Below, in pieces: positions 1-9,999 of a DNA stretch of 64,000 nucleotides (positions within the stretch are counted from its first letter, which is position 1; each line of letters begins with the position of its first letter). The stretch is from Shigella phage ESh25. The stretch is taken from sequence record ON528735; one strand, written 5' to 3'. Made by a program: the position numbers and the translations under genes. The notes beneath the pieces were generated by a model. The model saw only the letters and a program-made list of their open reading frames with translations. It was not told the DNA's origin and searched no databases.

Positions 1-1
1 T

Positions 2-1090
2 AAATCTTTAATTCAGGCTCTGCTCGCTCGGTATTATTTGGAAAATTACGAAGGTAAAATTCTTATCATTGTTCCAACAACTGCTCTAACAACTCAGATG
101 GCTGATGACTTCGTTGACTATCGTTTATTCAGTCATGCAATGATAAAGAAAATTGGTGGCGGAGCATCAAAAGATGATAAATATAAAAATGATGCACCAG
201 TCGTTGTTGGTACATGGCAAACTGTAGTTAAACAACCAAAAGAATGGTTCTCACAGTTTGGAATGATGATGAATGATGAATGTCATCTTGCTACAGGAAA
301 AAGTATTTCATCTATCATATCAGGTTTAAATAACTGCATGTTCAAATTTGGTCTATCTGGTTCATTACGTGATGGCAAAGCCAATATCATGCAGTATGTT
401 GGAATGTTTGGTGAAATATTTAAGCCAGTAACGACTTCTAAATTAATGGAAGATGGACAAGTAACTGAGCTAAAAATTAATAGTATTTTTCTTCGCTATC
501 CCGATGAATTCACTACTAAATTAAAGGGAAAAACTTATCAAGAAGAAATAAAAATTATTACTGGGCTTAGTAAAAGAAATAAATGGATCGCTAAATTAGC
601 TATTAAGCTTGCGCAAAAAGATGAAAACGCTTTTGTCATGTTTAAACATGTATCACATGGTAAAGCTATTTTCGATTTAATTAAAAATGAATACGATAAA
701 GTTTATTACGTATCAGGGGAAGTTGATACCGAAACCCGCAATATAATGAAAACCTTAGCTGAAAATGGTAAAGGAATAATTATAGTAGCTAGTTATGGTG
801 TATTTTCTACTGGTATTTCAGTTAAAAATCTGCATCACGTTGTTTTAGCGCACGGTGTTAAATCAAAAATCATTGTATTACAAACAATCGGTCGTGTATT
901 ACGTAAGCATGGTTCTAAGACAATAGCAACAGTCTGGGACCTCATAGATGATTGTGGTGTTAAGCCAAAATCTGCTAATACGAAAAAGAAATATGTTCAT
1001 TTGAACTATCTTTTAAAACACGGCATTGATCGTATTCAGCGCTACGCAGATGAAAAATTTAATTACGTAATGAAAACAGTTAATTTATAA
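2..1090 (+). CDS. uvsW: UvsW SF2 DNA helicase, 5'-truncated at window edge (C-terminal ~360 aa)
   Basis: Frame open to window start; DExH box (NDECH) and motif VI-like QTIGRVLR; sits upstream of uvsW.1/uvsY as in T4. Confidence 0.8.
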   Translation, partial: KSLIQALLARYYLENYEGKILIIVPTTALTTQMADDFVDYRLFSHAMIKKIGGGASKDDKYKNDAPVVVGTWQTVVKQPKEWFSQFGMMMNDECHLATGKSISSIISGLNNCMFKFGLSGSLRDGKANIMQYVGMFGEIFKPVTTSKLMEDGQVTELKINSIFLRYPDEFTTKLKGKTYQEEIKIITGLSKRNKWIAKLAIKLAQKDENAFVMFKHVSHGKAIFDLIKNEYDKVYYVSGEVDTETRNIMKTLAENGKGIIIVASYGVFSTGISVKNLHHVVLAHGVKSKIIVLQTIGRVLRKHGSKTIATVWDLIDDCGVKPKSANTKKKYVHLNYLLKHGIDRIQRYADEKFNYVMKTVNL

Positions 1091-1115
1091 GGGCTTCGGC
1101 CCTTTGGAGAAAAAG

Positions 1116-1349
1116 ATGTTACTAGAATTTAAACAATTTCTTTATGAAGCTTCTATTGATGAATTTATGGGTAAAATTGCCTCTTGTCAAACATTAGAAG
1201 GTTTAGAAGAACTTGAAGCTTATTATAAGAAAAGAGTTAAAGAAACTGAATTAAAAGATACTGATGACATCTCTGTGAGAGATGCTTTGGCAGGAAAAAG
1301 AGCTGAATTAGAAGATTCAGACGATGATGAAGTAGAAGAAAGCTTTTAA
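1116..1349 (+). CDS. uvsW.1: small acidic protein, UvsW.1-like (77 aa from the ATG)
   Basis: ORF directly after uvsW; GGAG Shine-Dalgarno before ATG at 1116; track start at 1104 is a TTG. Confidence 0.6.
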   Translation: MLLEFKQFLYEASIDEFMGKIASCQTLEGLEELEAYYKKRVKETELKDTDDISVRDALAGKRAELEDSDDDEVEESF

Positions 1350-1404
1350 ATTAAAAAAGGCCCAACCAAAAAGGAAGGGCCAAAACTATAGACTAAAGGT
1401 CACA

Positions 1405-1572
1405 CTATAGCAAAAGTTGTGTTTCATTTAGTTGTTCTTCCGAACTTTCTGAAACTGATAGTTCTTTAATGTAATTATAACAAGGCCCAGGATGTACAGG
1501 ACCTTTGTCTGTTTCAACAACCAATGCAGAATCGATTGGAGTTTTACAGACAACGCAAATCTTATCTGACAT
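1405..1572 (-). CDS. small hypothetical protein (55 aa) with CxxC...HPGPC motif
   Basis: ORF below the track cutoff found by eye; GGAG 6 nt upstream of ATG; position matches T4 uvsY.-2. Confidence 0.4.
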   Translation of the reverse strand: MSDKICVVCKTPIDSALVVETDKGPVHPGPCYNYIKELSVSESSEEQLNETQLLL

Positions 1573-1600
1573 GATTGTCTCCTCTAAATTATATATCTAT

Positions 1601-1825
1601 TTATATAACTCTCATATGCATATCAATGCCCATATCTTTGGAATAAAAATATTCATCAAGATATCCAGCAAATTTTCCTTTAACATAAAGTACATCTTCA
1701 CCGCATGGGTGGTCGGCCAGGATACGAATATCCTGACGCTTGAGATTATACTTTTTCATTAAGAATTGAATTTCCGTTTCGAATTCTTCTTCATAATTAA
1801 AAGCATCATCAATGCTATATTTCAT
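1601..1825 (-). CDS. hypothetical protein (74 aa), uvsY.-1 position
   Basis: Start overlaps the uvsY stop (translational coupling). Confidence 0.6.
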   Translation of the reverse strand: MKYSIDDAFNYEEEFETEIQFLMKKYNLKRQDIRILADHPCGEDVLYVKGKFAGYLDEYFYSKDMGIDMHMRVI

Positions 1826-2238
1826 TATTTTCCAGCCTCAAATGCTCGCATGTCTTGAATATGCTTAATAGCAAATCCGCGTGATTTAATAGCATCAAGA
1901 GCTCCGCTACAGAAATCCAATAAAATTCCCCAATATTGTAATGAAGTATCAACTTTTAAAACATCCTTATCAGCTGATAGAACTGTCTTCATTTCTGATT
2001 TCTCATAACGGTCCATACTAAATTCATCACCATCTCCTCGTCCCGAGTAGTAGTCTAATTTAGCTTTAAGAGCAACTTTTTTCTGTGCTTCAATTCTAAG
2101 CATTTCCTTTTTAATACTTGAATGCTTATTGAGCCATTTACTATATAACATCACATTATTAGCTGCTTCATACTGCAATTTAGTCGAATCTATAAACACA
2201 TCTTTCTTCAATTCTTCTTGAAGATCTTCTAATCTCAT
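1825..2238 (-). CDS. uvsY: UvsY recombination mediator protein
   Basis: 137 aa, same length and position as T4 UvsY; middle-promoter-like element upstream. Confidence 0.9.
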   Translation of the reverse strand: MRLEDLQEELKKDVFIDSTKLQYEAANNVMLYSKWLNKHSSIKKEMLRIEAQKKVALKAKLDYYSGRGDGDEFSMDRYEKSEMKTVLSADKDVLKVDTSLQYWGILLDFCSGALDAIKSRGFAIKHIQDMRAFEAGK

Positions 2239-2278
2239 ATTGTTCTCTATTCAATTGTTATTGGATGGACTTAGATTC

Positions 2279-2306
2279 ATTATACCACGTATAAACGTGA
2301 AGCATT
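2279..2306 (-). promoter_or_regulatory. middle-promoter-like element for uvsY (MotA box plus -10)
   Basis: Minus strand reads AATGCTTCA, 13 nt, TATAAT; matches MotA-box consensus (a/t)(a/t)TGCTT(t/c)A at about -30. Confidence 0.5.
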
Positions 2307-2703
2307 ATACTCTATTACTGGAAGCCAGTTGTAGTTTTATCTGCTCAATATCATCAGGGTTATCGATGACTGAAAAGCGTATTTCTACTATCAAAGTATA
2401 ATCATCATAAACCGGTATTACATTAACTGCTAATTTATCAATACGTGGCTCATAGTTTCTTACTGCGCTTTCGATGTTACGCTCAACTGTGTCAGCAGTA
2501 AGAGGAGTCATATTTTCAAAAAGCTGGTCTGATAAATCACATCCAAATTCAGGGTCAAACGGTCTTGAACCTTTTCTTGTTGTAATAATTCCCAAAAGAC
2601 TGTTTTTAATTGACCTTAATCCAAGCGATCTGGAAACGTCTTTGTCCCAGTCCATTTTCATTTCTGGGTCGATGTCAGAATAAAGCTTATTAATATTTGC
2701 CAT
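2305..2703 (-). CDS. 25: baseplate wedge protein gp25
   Basis: 132 aa; same length, position and recalled sequence as T4 gp25. Confidence 0.9.
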   Translation of the reverse strand: MANINKLYSDIDPEMKMDWDKDVSRSLGLRSIKNSLLGIITTRKGSRPFDPEFGCDLSDQLFENMTPLTADTVERNIESAVRNYEPRIDKLAVNVIPVYDDYTLIVEIRFSVIDNPDDIEQIKLQLASSNRV

Positions 2704-3329
2704 TATAGTAACTCAAAGAACTCTTTGAGGCCTCTTATTACATGAGCATGGGTTTTTCCACACTCTGGACATTTAATTGGAACAGCCAAATAAACGGTAG
2801 GCTTTAAAAGCATATCTTTTATAGCTACAATATCTGACTCTGTGATGATAGAATATAAATCTTCTAGTTCCTTTTCATTTAAGTCTTCAACTGGAATGCT
2901 TTCCCCGTTAGCATGAATCGTTTCTATGCATGATACTATCATGTGGGCTATATTTTTATCATCAAAAATTTTAGGGTATCGGAATTTAATTTTAATGTCA
3001 CCCAGTGTATACCAGAGGTCTTCTGGTGCATCTATTTGTGTATGTAATAGATTTATATGGGTTGGTATTTCAGTTCCACAGGTGCACTTCCAGGAGTTTT
3101 CGTGATTAACTTCACCAAGAGAATGTGCCCATAAATGAATCAACAGTAGTTCTGATTCTTGGCGGTTTAAATCTTTTGCATTTGTGCAGTCTTTGATTAG
3201 CTTTTTAACAATTACTTCTACAGAACCATTATTTTTGGCAGTAATAAGTTCTAGATATTCTTTAAGCGTGAATGCGCGACAGTTGATTATTTTAGAACCA
3301 ACTCTCACATCAAATTTGTATTCATACAT
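2703..3329 (-). CDS. 26: baseplate hub protein gp26
   Basis: 208 aa; T4 order 25-26 divergent from 51; 1-nt TAATG overlap with gene 25. Confidence 0.85.
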   Translation of the reverse strand: MYEYKFDVRVGSKIINCRAFTLKEYLELITAKNNGSVEVIVKKLIKDCTNAKDLNRQESELLLIHLWAHSLGEVNHENSWKCTCGTEIPTHINLLHTQIDAPEDLWYTLGDIKIKFRYPKIFDDKNIAHMIVSCIETIHANGESIPVEDLNEKELEDLYSIITESDIVAIKDMLLKPTVYLAVPIKCPECGKTHAHVIRGLKEFFELL

Positions 3330-3350
3330 ATTTAGCTCCTTTATTTATCA

Positions 3351-3362
3351 TATTTATAAATA
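3351..3362. promoter_or_regulatory. divergent late promoters (TATAAATA on both strands) for genes 26 and 51
   Basis: Palindrome TATTTATAAATA gives TATAAATA at 3355-3362 (+) and 3351-3358 (-), about 20-25 nt before each start codon. Confidence 0.6.
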
Positions 3363-3379
3363 GAATAAAAGGAGCATCT

Positions 3380-4132
3380 ATGGCAAACATTATTCGTTGT
3401 AAATTACCAGATGGTGTTCATCGTTTTAAACCATTTACGGTAGAAGATTATCGAGATTTTTTGTTAGTTCGAAACGATATAGAACATCGGTCACCACAAG
3501 AACAAAAAGAAGTAATTGCTGATTTAATTGCTGATTATTTTGGAGACTATCCAAAGACTTGGCAACCATTTATATTTTTGCAGGTATTTGTAGGGTCAAT
3601 AGGTAAAACTAAAGTACCAGTCACATTTGTATGTCCAAAATGTAAAAAAGAAAAGACAGTTCCATTTGAAATATACCAAAAAGAATTAAAGGAGCCTGTT
3701 TTTGATATAGCTAATGTTAAAATTAAATTAAAGTTTCCTTCTGAGTTTTATGAAAATAAAGCAAAGATGATTACTGAAAATATTCATTCTGTTCAAGTAG
3801 ATGAAATATGGTATGATTGGAAGGAAATTAGCGAATCAAGTCAAATAGAACTTGTTGATGCCATCGAGATAGAAACATTAGAAAAAATTCTCGATGCAAT
3901 GAATCCTATTAATTTAACATTGCACATGTCGTGTTGTGATAAGTACATTAAAAAATACACTGATATAGTAGATGTGTTTAAGCTATTAGTTAATCCAGAT
4001 GAGATATTTACTTTTTATCAAATTAATCACACACTCGTAAAAAGTAATTATAGCTTAAATTCAATAATGAAAATGATTCCTGCCGAGCGCGGATTCGTAT
4101 TAAAACTGATTGAGAAGGATAAACAACAATGA
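3380..4132 (+). CDS. 51: baseplate hub assembly protein gp51
   Basis: 250 aa, position after gene 26; AAGGAG before ATG. Confidence 0.85.
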   Translation: MANIIRCKLPDGVHRFKPFTVEDYRDFLLVRNDIEHRSPQEQKEVIADLIADYFGDYPKTWQPFIFLQVFVGSIGKTKVPVTFVCPKCKKEKTVPFEIYQKELKEPVFDIANVKIKLKFPSEFYENKAKMITENIHSVQVDEIWYDWKEISESSQIELVDAIEIETLEKILDAMNPINLTLHMSCCDKYIKKYTDIVDVFKLLVNPDEIFTFYQINHTLVKSNYSLNSIMKMIPAERGFVLKLIEKDKQQ

Positions 4133-5301
4133 GTATGTTGCAACGCCCCGGATATCCAAATCTCAGCGTTAAATTATTTGAGAGTTATGACGCTTGGAGT
4201 AATAATAGATTTGTTGAATTAGCTGCTACTATTACCACATTAACTATGCGTGACTCTCTTTATGGTCGAAATGAAGGAATGCTACAATTTTATGATTCTA
4301 AAAACATTCATACAAAAATGGATGGAAATGAAATAATTCAGATTTCTGTAGCTAATGCAAACGATATTAATAATGTTAAAACACGAATTTATGGATGCAA
4401 GCATTTTTCCGTGTCAGTAGATTCAAAAGGCGATAACATCATTGCTATTGAATTGGGAACTATTCATTCTATAGAAAATCTTAAATTTGGTAGACCGTTT
4501 TTCCCTGATGCAGGTGAATCTATAAAAGAAATGCTTGGCGTCATTTATCAAGACCGTACATTATTAACTCCAGCTATAAATGCTATAAATGCTTATGTTC
4601 CTGATATTCCGTGGACTAGCACATTTGAAAACTATTTGTCATATGTAAGAGAAGTTGCTCTAGCTGTAGGAAGTGACAAATTTGTATTTGTGTGGCAAGA
4701 CATCATGGGAGTTAACATGATGGACTATGATATGATGATAAATCAAGAACCATATCCAATGATTGTAGGTGAGCCAACTTTAATAGGTCAATTCATCCAA
4801 GAATTGAAATATCCATTAGCATATGATTTTGTTTGGTTGACTAAATCAAACCCGCATAAACGTGATCCAATGAAAAATGCTACTATCTATGCGCATTCGT
4901 TTTTGGATTCTTCATTGCCAATGATTACTACAGGAAAGGGTGAAAACTCTATTGTAGTGTCAAGGTCAGGTGCTTATTCTGAAATGACTTATAGGAATGG
5001 CTATGAAGAAGCTATTCGTCTTCAAACTATGGCGCAATATGATGGCTATGCTAAATGTTCTACTGTCGGTAATTTTAACTTGACTCCTGGTGTTAAAATT
5101 ATTTTTAATGATAGTAAAAACCAATTTAAAACAGAATTTTACGTTGATGAAGTTATCCATGAATTATCAAATAATAATTCAGTAACTCATCTATATATGT
5201 TCACTAATGCAACGAAACTGGAAACAATAGACCCAGTTAAGGTTAAAAATGAATTTAAATCTGATACTACCACTGAAGAAAGTAGTTCTTCCAATAAGTA
5301 A
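4129..5301 (+). CDS. 27: baseplate hub protein gp27
   Basis: 390 aa; T4 order 51-27-28-29. Confidence 0.85.
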   Translation: MSMLQRPGYPNLSVKLFESYDAWSNNRFVELAATITTLTMRDSLYGRNEGMLQFYDSKNIHTKMDGNEIIQISVANANDINNVKTRIYGCKHFSVSVDSKGDNIIAIELGTIHSIENLKFGRPFFPDAGESIKEMLGVIYQDRTLLTPAINAINAYVPDIPWTSTFENYLSYVREVALAVGSDKFVFVWQDIMGVNMMDYDMMINQEPYPMIVGEPTLIGQFIQELKYPLAYDFVWLTKSNPHKRDPMKNATIYAHSFLDSSLPMITTGKGENSIVVSRSGAYSEMTYRNGYEEAIRLQTMAQYDGYAKCSTVGNFNLTPGVKIIFNDSKNQFKTEFYVDEVIHELSNNNSVTHLYMFTNATKLETIDPVKVKNEFKSDTTTEESSSSNK

Positions 5302-5782
5302 TAAAGAAGTTTCTATTCCTAAGATGGGTCTTAAACATTATAACATTTTAAAAGATGTTAAAGGTCCTGATGAAAATTTAAAACTTCTTATTGATTCTAT
5401 TTGTCCGAATTTATCACCGGCAGAAGTTGATTTCGTTTCTATTCATTTATTGGAATTTAATGGAAAGATTAAATCTCGTAAAGAAATAGATGGTTATACT
5501 TATGATATTAATGACGTTTATGTATGTCAAAGATTGGAATTTCAATACCAAGGAAATACATTTTATTTTAGACCTCCTGGAAAATTTGAACAATTTTTAA
5601 CTGTAAGCGATATGTTATCCAAATGCTTGCTTAAGGTCAATGATGAAGTTAAAGAAATTAATTTTCTTGAGATGCCAGCATTTGTTTTAAAATGGGCAAA
5701 TGATATTTCTACAACTTTAGCAATTCCTGGCCCTAATGGTCCAATAACCGGAATTGGCAATATTATTGGATTATTTGAATGA
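5249..5782 (+). CDS. 28: baseplate hub distal protein gp28
   Basis: 177 aa, same as T4 gp28; overlaps the 3' end of gene 27. Confidence 0.75.
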   Translation: MNLNLILPLKKVVLPISNKEVSIPKMGLKHYNILKDVKGPDENLKLLIDSICPNLSPAEVDFVSIHLLEFNGKIKSRKEIDGYTYDINDVYVCQRLEFQYQGNTFYFRPPGKFEQFLTVSDMLSKCLLKVNDEVKEINFLEMPAFVLKWANDISTTLAIPGPNGPITGIGNIIGLFE

Positions 5783-7551
5783 AAAAGCCACAAGAAATGC
5801 AAACGATGCGTAGAAAAGTTATTTCAGATAATAAACCAACACAGGAAGCGGCTAAATCCGCTTCTAATACTTTATCTGGTCTTAATGACATTTCTACAAA
5901 ATTAGATGATGCTCAAGCTGCCTCTGAATTAATAGCTCAGACTGTTGAAGAAAAATCAAATGAAATAGTTGGAGCAATTGATAACGTTGAAAGCGCAGTA
6001 AGTGATACTACTGCCGGTTCTGAGTTAATTGCCGAGACTGTTGAAATTGGCAATAATATCAATAAAGAAATAGGCGAATCACTCGGAAGCAAATTAGATA
6101 AATTAACGAGTTTATTAGAACAAAAAATTCAAACAGCTGGAATTCAACAGACTGGAACGAGTTTAGCAGTAGTCGAAAATGCTATTCCTGTTAAAGTCGT
6201 CGAGGATGATACAGCTGAATCTGTGGGTCCTTTATTACCGGCTCCTGAAGCAGTTAATAATGATCCTGATGCTGATTTTTTCCCTACTCCTAAGCCAATT
6301 GAACCAAAACAAGAGTCTCCAGAAGAGAAGCAAAAAAGAGACGCATTTAACTTAAAATTATCTCAAGCTTTAGATAAATTAACAAAGACAGTTGATTTCG
6401 GATTTAAGAAATCTATTTCAATTACTGATAAAATATCTAGCATGCTATTTAAGTATACCGTCAGTGCTGCTATTGAAGCTGCTAAAATGGTTGCATTGAT
6501 AATGGCTGTTGTTATTGGAATAGACCTGCTGATGGTTCATTTTAAATACTGGTCAGATAAATTTTCAAAAGCCTGGGATTTATTTAGCACTGATTTTAAA
6601 ACTTTCTCAAGCGAAACAGGAACTTGGGGCCCTTTATTACAAAGCATCTTTGAATCTATTGATGAAATTAAAAAGTTCTGGGAAGCTGGAGATTGGGGCG
6701 GATTAACAGTAGCTATTGTTGAAGGGCTTGGAAGTGTTCTTTATAATTTAGGAGAGCTTATTCAACTTGGAATGGCTAAATTATCTGCGGCAATTCTTCG
6801 AGTTATTCCTGGTATGAAGGATACTGCTGATGAAGTAGAAGGAAGAGCACTAGAAAATTTCCAAAATACTACAAATGCTTCTCTTAGCAAAGAAGACCAA
6901 GAAAAAGTTGCAAATTATCAATATAAAAGAATGAATGGCGATCTTGGTCCAATAGCAAAAGGGCTAGACAAAATTGCGAACTGGAAAACTCGTGCATCTA
7001 ACTGGATTCGTGGTGTTGATAATAAAGAAGCACTAACGACTGATGAAGAGAGAGCAGAGGAAGAAGAAAAATTAAAGCAACTTTCTCCGGAGGAAGCTAA
7101 AATTGCTTTAATGAAAGCTAATGAAGCTCGTGCTGCTATGAATCGTTTTGATGAATACGCTAATTCAGCTGATATGAGTAAAGACTCAACGGTTAAATCA
7201 GTTGAATCTGCCTATGAAGACCTTAAAAAACGGATGGATGACCCGGATTTAAATAATTCACCGGCAGTTAAAAAAGAACTTGCTTCTAGATTTGCTAAAA
7301 TTGATGCTACTTATCAAGAGCTCAAGAAAAATCAGCCTAATGCCAAACCTGAAACTTCTGCTAAATCACCAGAAGCGAAACAGGTCCAGGTTATTGAAAA
7401 GAACAAAGCACAGCAAGCTCCTGTTCAACAAGCATCTCCTTCGATCAATAATACTAATAATGTTATTAAGAAAAATACTGTCGTTCATAATATGACACCC
7501 GTAACGAGCACGACTGCTCCTGGTGTATTTGATGCGACTGGAGTTAATTAA
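5779..7551 (+). CDS. 29: baseplate hub / tail-length determining protein gp29
   Basis: 590 aa, same as T4 gp29; coiled-coil-rich N-terminal half. Confidence 0.85.
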   Translation: MKKPQEMQTMRRKVISDNKPTQEAAKSASNTLSGLNDISTKLDDAQAASELIAQTVEEKSNEIVGAIDNVESAVSDTTAGSELIAETVEIGNNINKEIGESLGSKLDKLTSLLEQKIQTAGIQQTGTSLAVVENAIPVKVVEDDTAESVGPLLPAPEAVNNDPDADFFPTPKPIEPKQESPEEKQKRDAFNLKLSQALDKLTKTVDFGFKKSISITDKISSMLFKYTVSAAIEAAKMVALIMAVVIGIDLLMVHFKYWSDKFSKAWDLFSTDFKTFSSETGTWGPLLQSIFESIDEIKKFWEAGDWGGLTVAIVEGLGSVLYNLGELIQLGMAKLSAAILRVIPGMKDTADEVEGRALENFQNTTNASLSKEDQEKVANYQYKRMNGDLGPIAKGLDKIANWKTRASNWIRGVDNKEALTTDEERAEEEEKLKQLSPEEAKIALMKANEARAAMNRFDEYANSADMSKDSTVKSVESAYEDLKKRMDDPDLNNSPAVKKELASRFAKIDATYQELKKNQPNAKPETSAKSPEAKQVQVIEKNKAQQAPVQQASPSINNTNNVIKKNTVVHNMTPVTSTTAPGVFDATGVN

Positions 7552-7559
7552 GGAATAAT

Positions 7560-8654
7560 ATGGCAATTGTTAAAGAAATAACTGCTGATTTAATTAAAAA
7601 GTCCGGTGAGAAAATTTCAGCCGGACAGAGTACTAAATCAGAAGTAGGAACTAAAACATACACAGCCCAGTTTCCAACTGGGCGTGCTAGTGGTAATGAC
7701 ACTACAGGGGACTTCCAGGTAACAGATCTATATAAGAATGGATTATTATTTACTGCATACAATATGTCATCTAGGGATTCTGGAAGTCTTAGAACGATGA
7801 GATCTAACTACTCTTCTTCATCTTCGAGTATTTTACGTACAGCCAGAAACACTATCAGTAATACAGTATCAAAACTATCAAATGGACTAATATCAGATAA
7901 TAATTCAGGAACAATAAGTAAAGTTCCTGTTGCAAATATTCTTTTACCTAGATCTAAATCTGACGTCGATACGTCATCACATAGATTTAATGATGTTCAA
8001 GATAGTCTTATTACAAAAGGTGGAGGTACTGCTACTGGCGTGTTAAGCAATATGGCTTCAACTGCAGTATTTGGAGCACTGGAAAGTATAACACAAGGTA
8101 TAATGGCTGATAATAATGAACAGATTTATACGACAGCCAGAAGTATGTATGGTGGTGCTGAGAATAGAACTAAAGTGTTCACTTGGGATTTGACTCCGCG
8201 TTCCACAGAAGATTTAATGGCTATTATTAATATCTATCAATATTTTAACTATTTTTCTTATGGTGAAACGGGTAAATCTCAATATGCTGCTGAAATAAAA
8301 GGATATCTAGATGAGTGGTATCGCTCTACTTTTATTGAGCCATTAACTCCAGAAGATGCAGTTAAAAATAAGACGTTATTTGAGAAAATGACATCGAGTT
8401 TAACTAACGTTCTTGTAGTTTCAAACCCGACAATTTGGATGGTGAAAAACTTTGGTGCAACATCTAAGTTTGATGGAAAAACGGAAATATTCGGTCCATG
8501 TCAAATCCAGAGTATCAGATTTGATAAAACACCTAATGGTAACTTTAACGGATTAGCTATTGCTCCAAATCTCCCTAGTACATTTACTCTCGAGATTACT
8601 ATGAGAGAAATTATCACGTTAAACCGTGCTTCTTTATATGCGGGGACTTTTTAA
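7560..8654 (+). CDS. 48: baseplate tail-tube junction protein gp48
   Basis: 364 aa, same as T4 gp48. Confidence 0.85.
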   Translation: MAIVKEITADLIKKSGEKISAGQSTKSEVGTKTYTAQFPTGRASGNDTTGDFQVTDLYKNGLLFTAYNMSSRDSGSLRTMRSNYSSSSSSILRTARNTISNTVSKLSNGLISDNNSGTISKVPVANILLPRSKSDVDTSSHRFNDVQDSLITKGGGTATGVLSNMASTAVFGALESITQGIMADNNEQIYTTARSMYGGAENRTKVFTWDLTPRSTEDLMAIINIYQYFNYFSYGETGKSQYAAEIKGYLDEWYRSTFIEPLTPEDAVKNKTLFEKMTSSLTNVLVVSNPTIWMVKNFGATSKFDGKTEIFGPCQIQSIRFDKTPNGNFNGLAIAPNLPSTFTLEITMREIITLNRASLYAGTF

Positions 8655-9619
8655 TGTATTCTTTAGAGGAATTTAATAATCAAGCAATAAACGCAGATTT
8701 CCAACGTAATAATATGTTCAGCTGTGTTTTTGCTACAACTCCATCAACTAAAAGCTCTTCGTTGATAAGTTCAATTAGCAACTTTTCTTATAATAACTTG
8801 GGCCTAAATTCAGATTGGTTAGGATTAACTCAAGGCGATATTAATCAGGGAATTACTACGCTAATTACAGCTGGCACACAAAAACTGATAAGAAAATCAG
8901 GGGTTAGTAAATATCTTATTGGTGCCATGAGTCAACGTACAGTTCAAAGTTTATTAGGCTCATTTACAGTTGGTACATATTTAATTGACTTCTTTAACAT
9001 GGCATATAACTCATCTGGATTGATGATATACTCTGTAAAAATGCCAGAGAATAGATTATCCTATGAAACTGACTGGAACTATAATTCTCCTAATATTCGT
9101 ATAACTGGGAGAGAATTAGATCCTTTGGTTATTTCATTTAGAATGGATTCAGAAGCTTGTAACTATCGTGCAATGCAAGACTGGGTTAACGCTGTTCAAG
9201 ACCCAGTAACTGGATTGCGTGCTTTGCCGCAAGATGTCGAGGCAGATATTCAGGTTAATCTTCATTCTCGCAATGGATTACCACATACTGCGGTGATGTT
9301 CACTGGATGCATTCCAGTGTCCGTAAGCGCTCCTGAGTTATCATATGATGGAGATAACCAAATAACTACATTTGATGTTACTTTTGCGTATAGAGTGATG
9401 CAGGCTGGAGCAGTTGATAGACAAGCTGCCCTTGAATGGCTTGAATCTGCTACTATAAATGGTATTCAAAGCGTTCTCGGAAATAGTGGAGGTGTTACTG
9501 GACTATCTAATTCGCTTTCACGACTTAGTAGATTAGGGGGAACTGCAGGAAGCATTTCAAATATTAATACTATGACAGGAATTGTCAATTCGCAAAGTAA
9601 AATATTAGGAGCAATATAA
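8654..9619 (+). CDS. 54: baseplate tail-tube initiator gp54
   Basis: 321 aa; ATGA-type overlap with gene 48; terminator follows. Confidence 0.85.
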   Translation: MYSLEEFNNQAINADFQRNNMFSCVFATTPSTKSSSLISSISNFSYNNLGLNSDWLGLTQGDINQGITTLITAGTQKLIRKSGVSKYLIGAMSQRTVQSLLGSFTVGTYLIDFFNMAYNSSGLMIYSVKMPENRLSYETDWNYNSPNIRITGRELDPLVISFRMDSEACNYRAMQDWVNAVQDPVTGLRALPQDVEADIQVNLHSRNGLPHTAVMFTGCIPVSVSAPELSYDGDNQITTFDVTFAYRVMQAGAVDRQAALEWLESATINGIQSVLGNSGGVTGLSNSLSRLSRLGGTAGSISNINTMTGIVNSQSKILGAI

Positions 9620-9623
9620 CAAT

Positions 9624-9653
9624 GGGGACCTTTCGGTCCCCATATTTTTATTT
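9624..9653 (+). terminator. rho-independent terminator after gene 54
   Basis: 7-bp stem GGGGACC/GGTCCCC with 4-nt loop, followed by ATATTTTTATTT. Confidence 0.7.
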
Positions 9654-9938
9654 ACGGAATGAAATAAAAGCAGCAACTGAAGCAACAGAGGTTTCTTCAA
9701 TATAAACCTCAATTTTTACCGGAGCTTCTGACTCAAATTTACCTGTTACTACACCTTGGAAAATACTTTCAGTCTGTTCTGGCTTTGAAAAATTTTCAGA
9801 AGGAAAAATTCCGAACTTTTTATCGGTTCCGAAAATTTTAATAAATTCATCATAAACTGCTTCATTGAAAGCGTTATCAGCAGGAATAACGCCTTCAACT
9901 ACAAGTTCTTGACCTAAAAAGCGTAAAGAAGATTTCAT
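9648..9938 (-). CDS. hypothetical protein (96 aa) downstream of the alt genes
   Basis: ORF with GAGGA Shine-Dalgarno; early promoter cassette directly upstream. Confidence 0.6.
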   Translation of the reverse strand: MKSSLRFLGQELVVEGVIPADNAFNEAVYDEFIKIFGTDKKFGIFPSENFSKPEQTESIFQGVVTGKFESEAPVKIEVYIEETSVASVAAFISFRK

Positions 9939-9969
9939 TTTGTGTTCCTCATGTTATGTCAGTAAGATT

Positions 9970-9999
9970 ACTATAACACAACACGAGGGACTTGTAAAC
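9970..9999 (-). promoter_or_regulatory. sigma70-type early promoter (-35 GTTTAC, -10 TATAGT); part of a duplicated 54-bp cassette
   Basis: Minus strand GTTTAC, 17-18 nt, TATAG(T); 53/54 identical to 25270-25323. Confidence 0.55.

Noticed and set aside
1598-1605. Additional TATAAATA late-promoter matches (1598-1605 and 19867-19874 on the minus strand)
   Set aside because: An 8-mer in AT-rich DNA is expected about 15 times by chance in this window; only matches placed 20-35 nt upstream of known late genes were annotated.
7280-7566. Overlapping ORFs of 66-71 aa within gene 29 on both strands
   Set aside because: Out-of-frame or antisense ORFs inside a conserved structural gene with low-complexity translations; typical spurious ORFs in AT-rich DNA.
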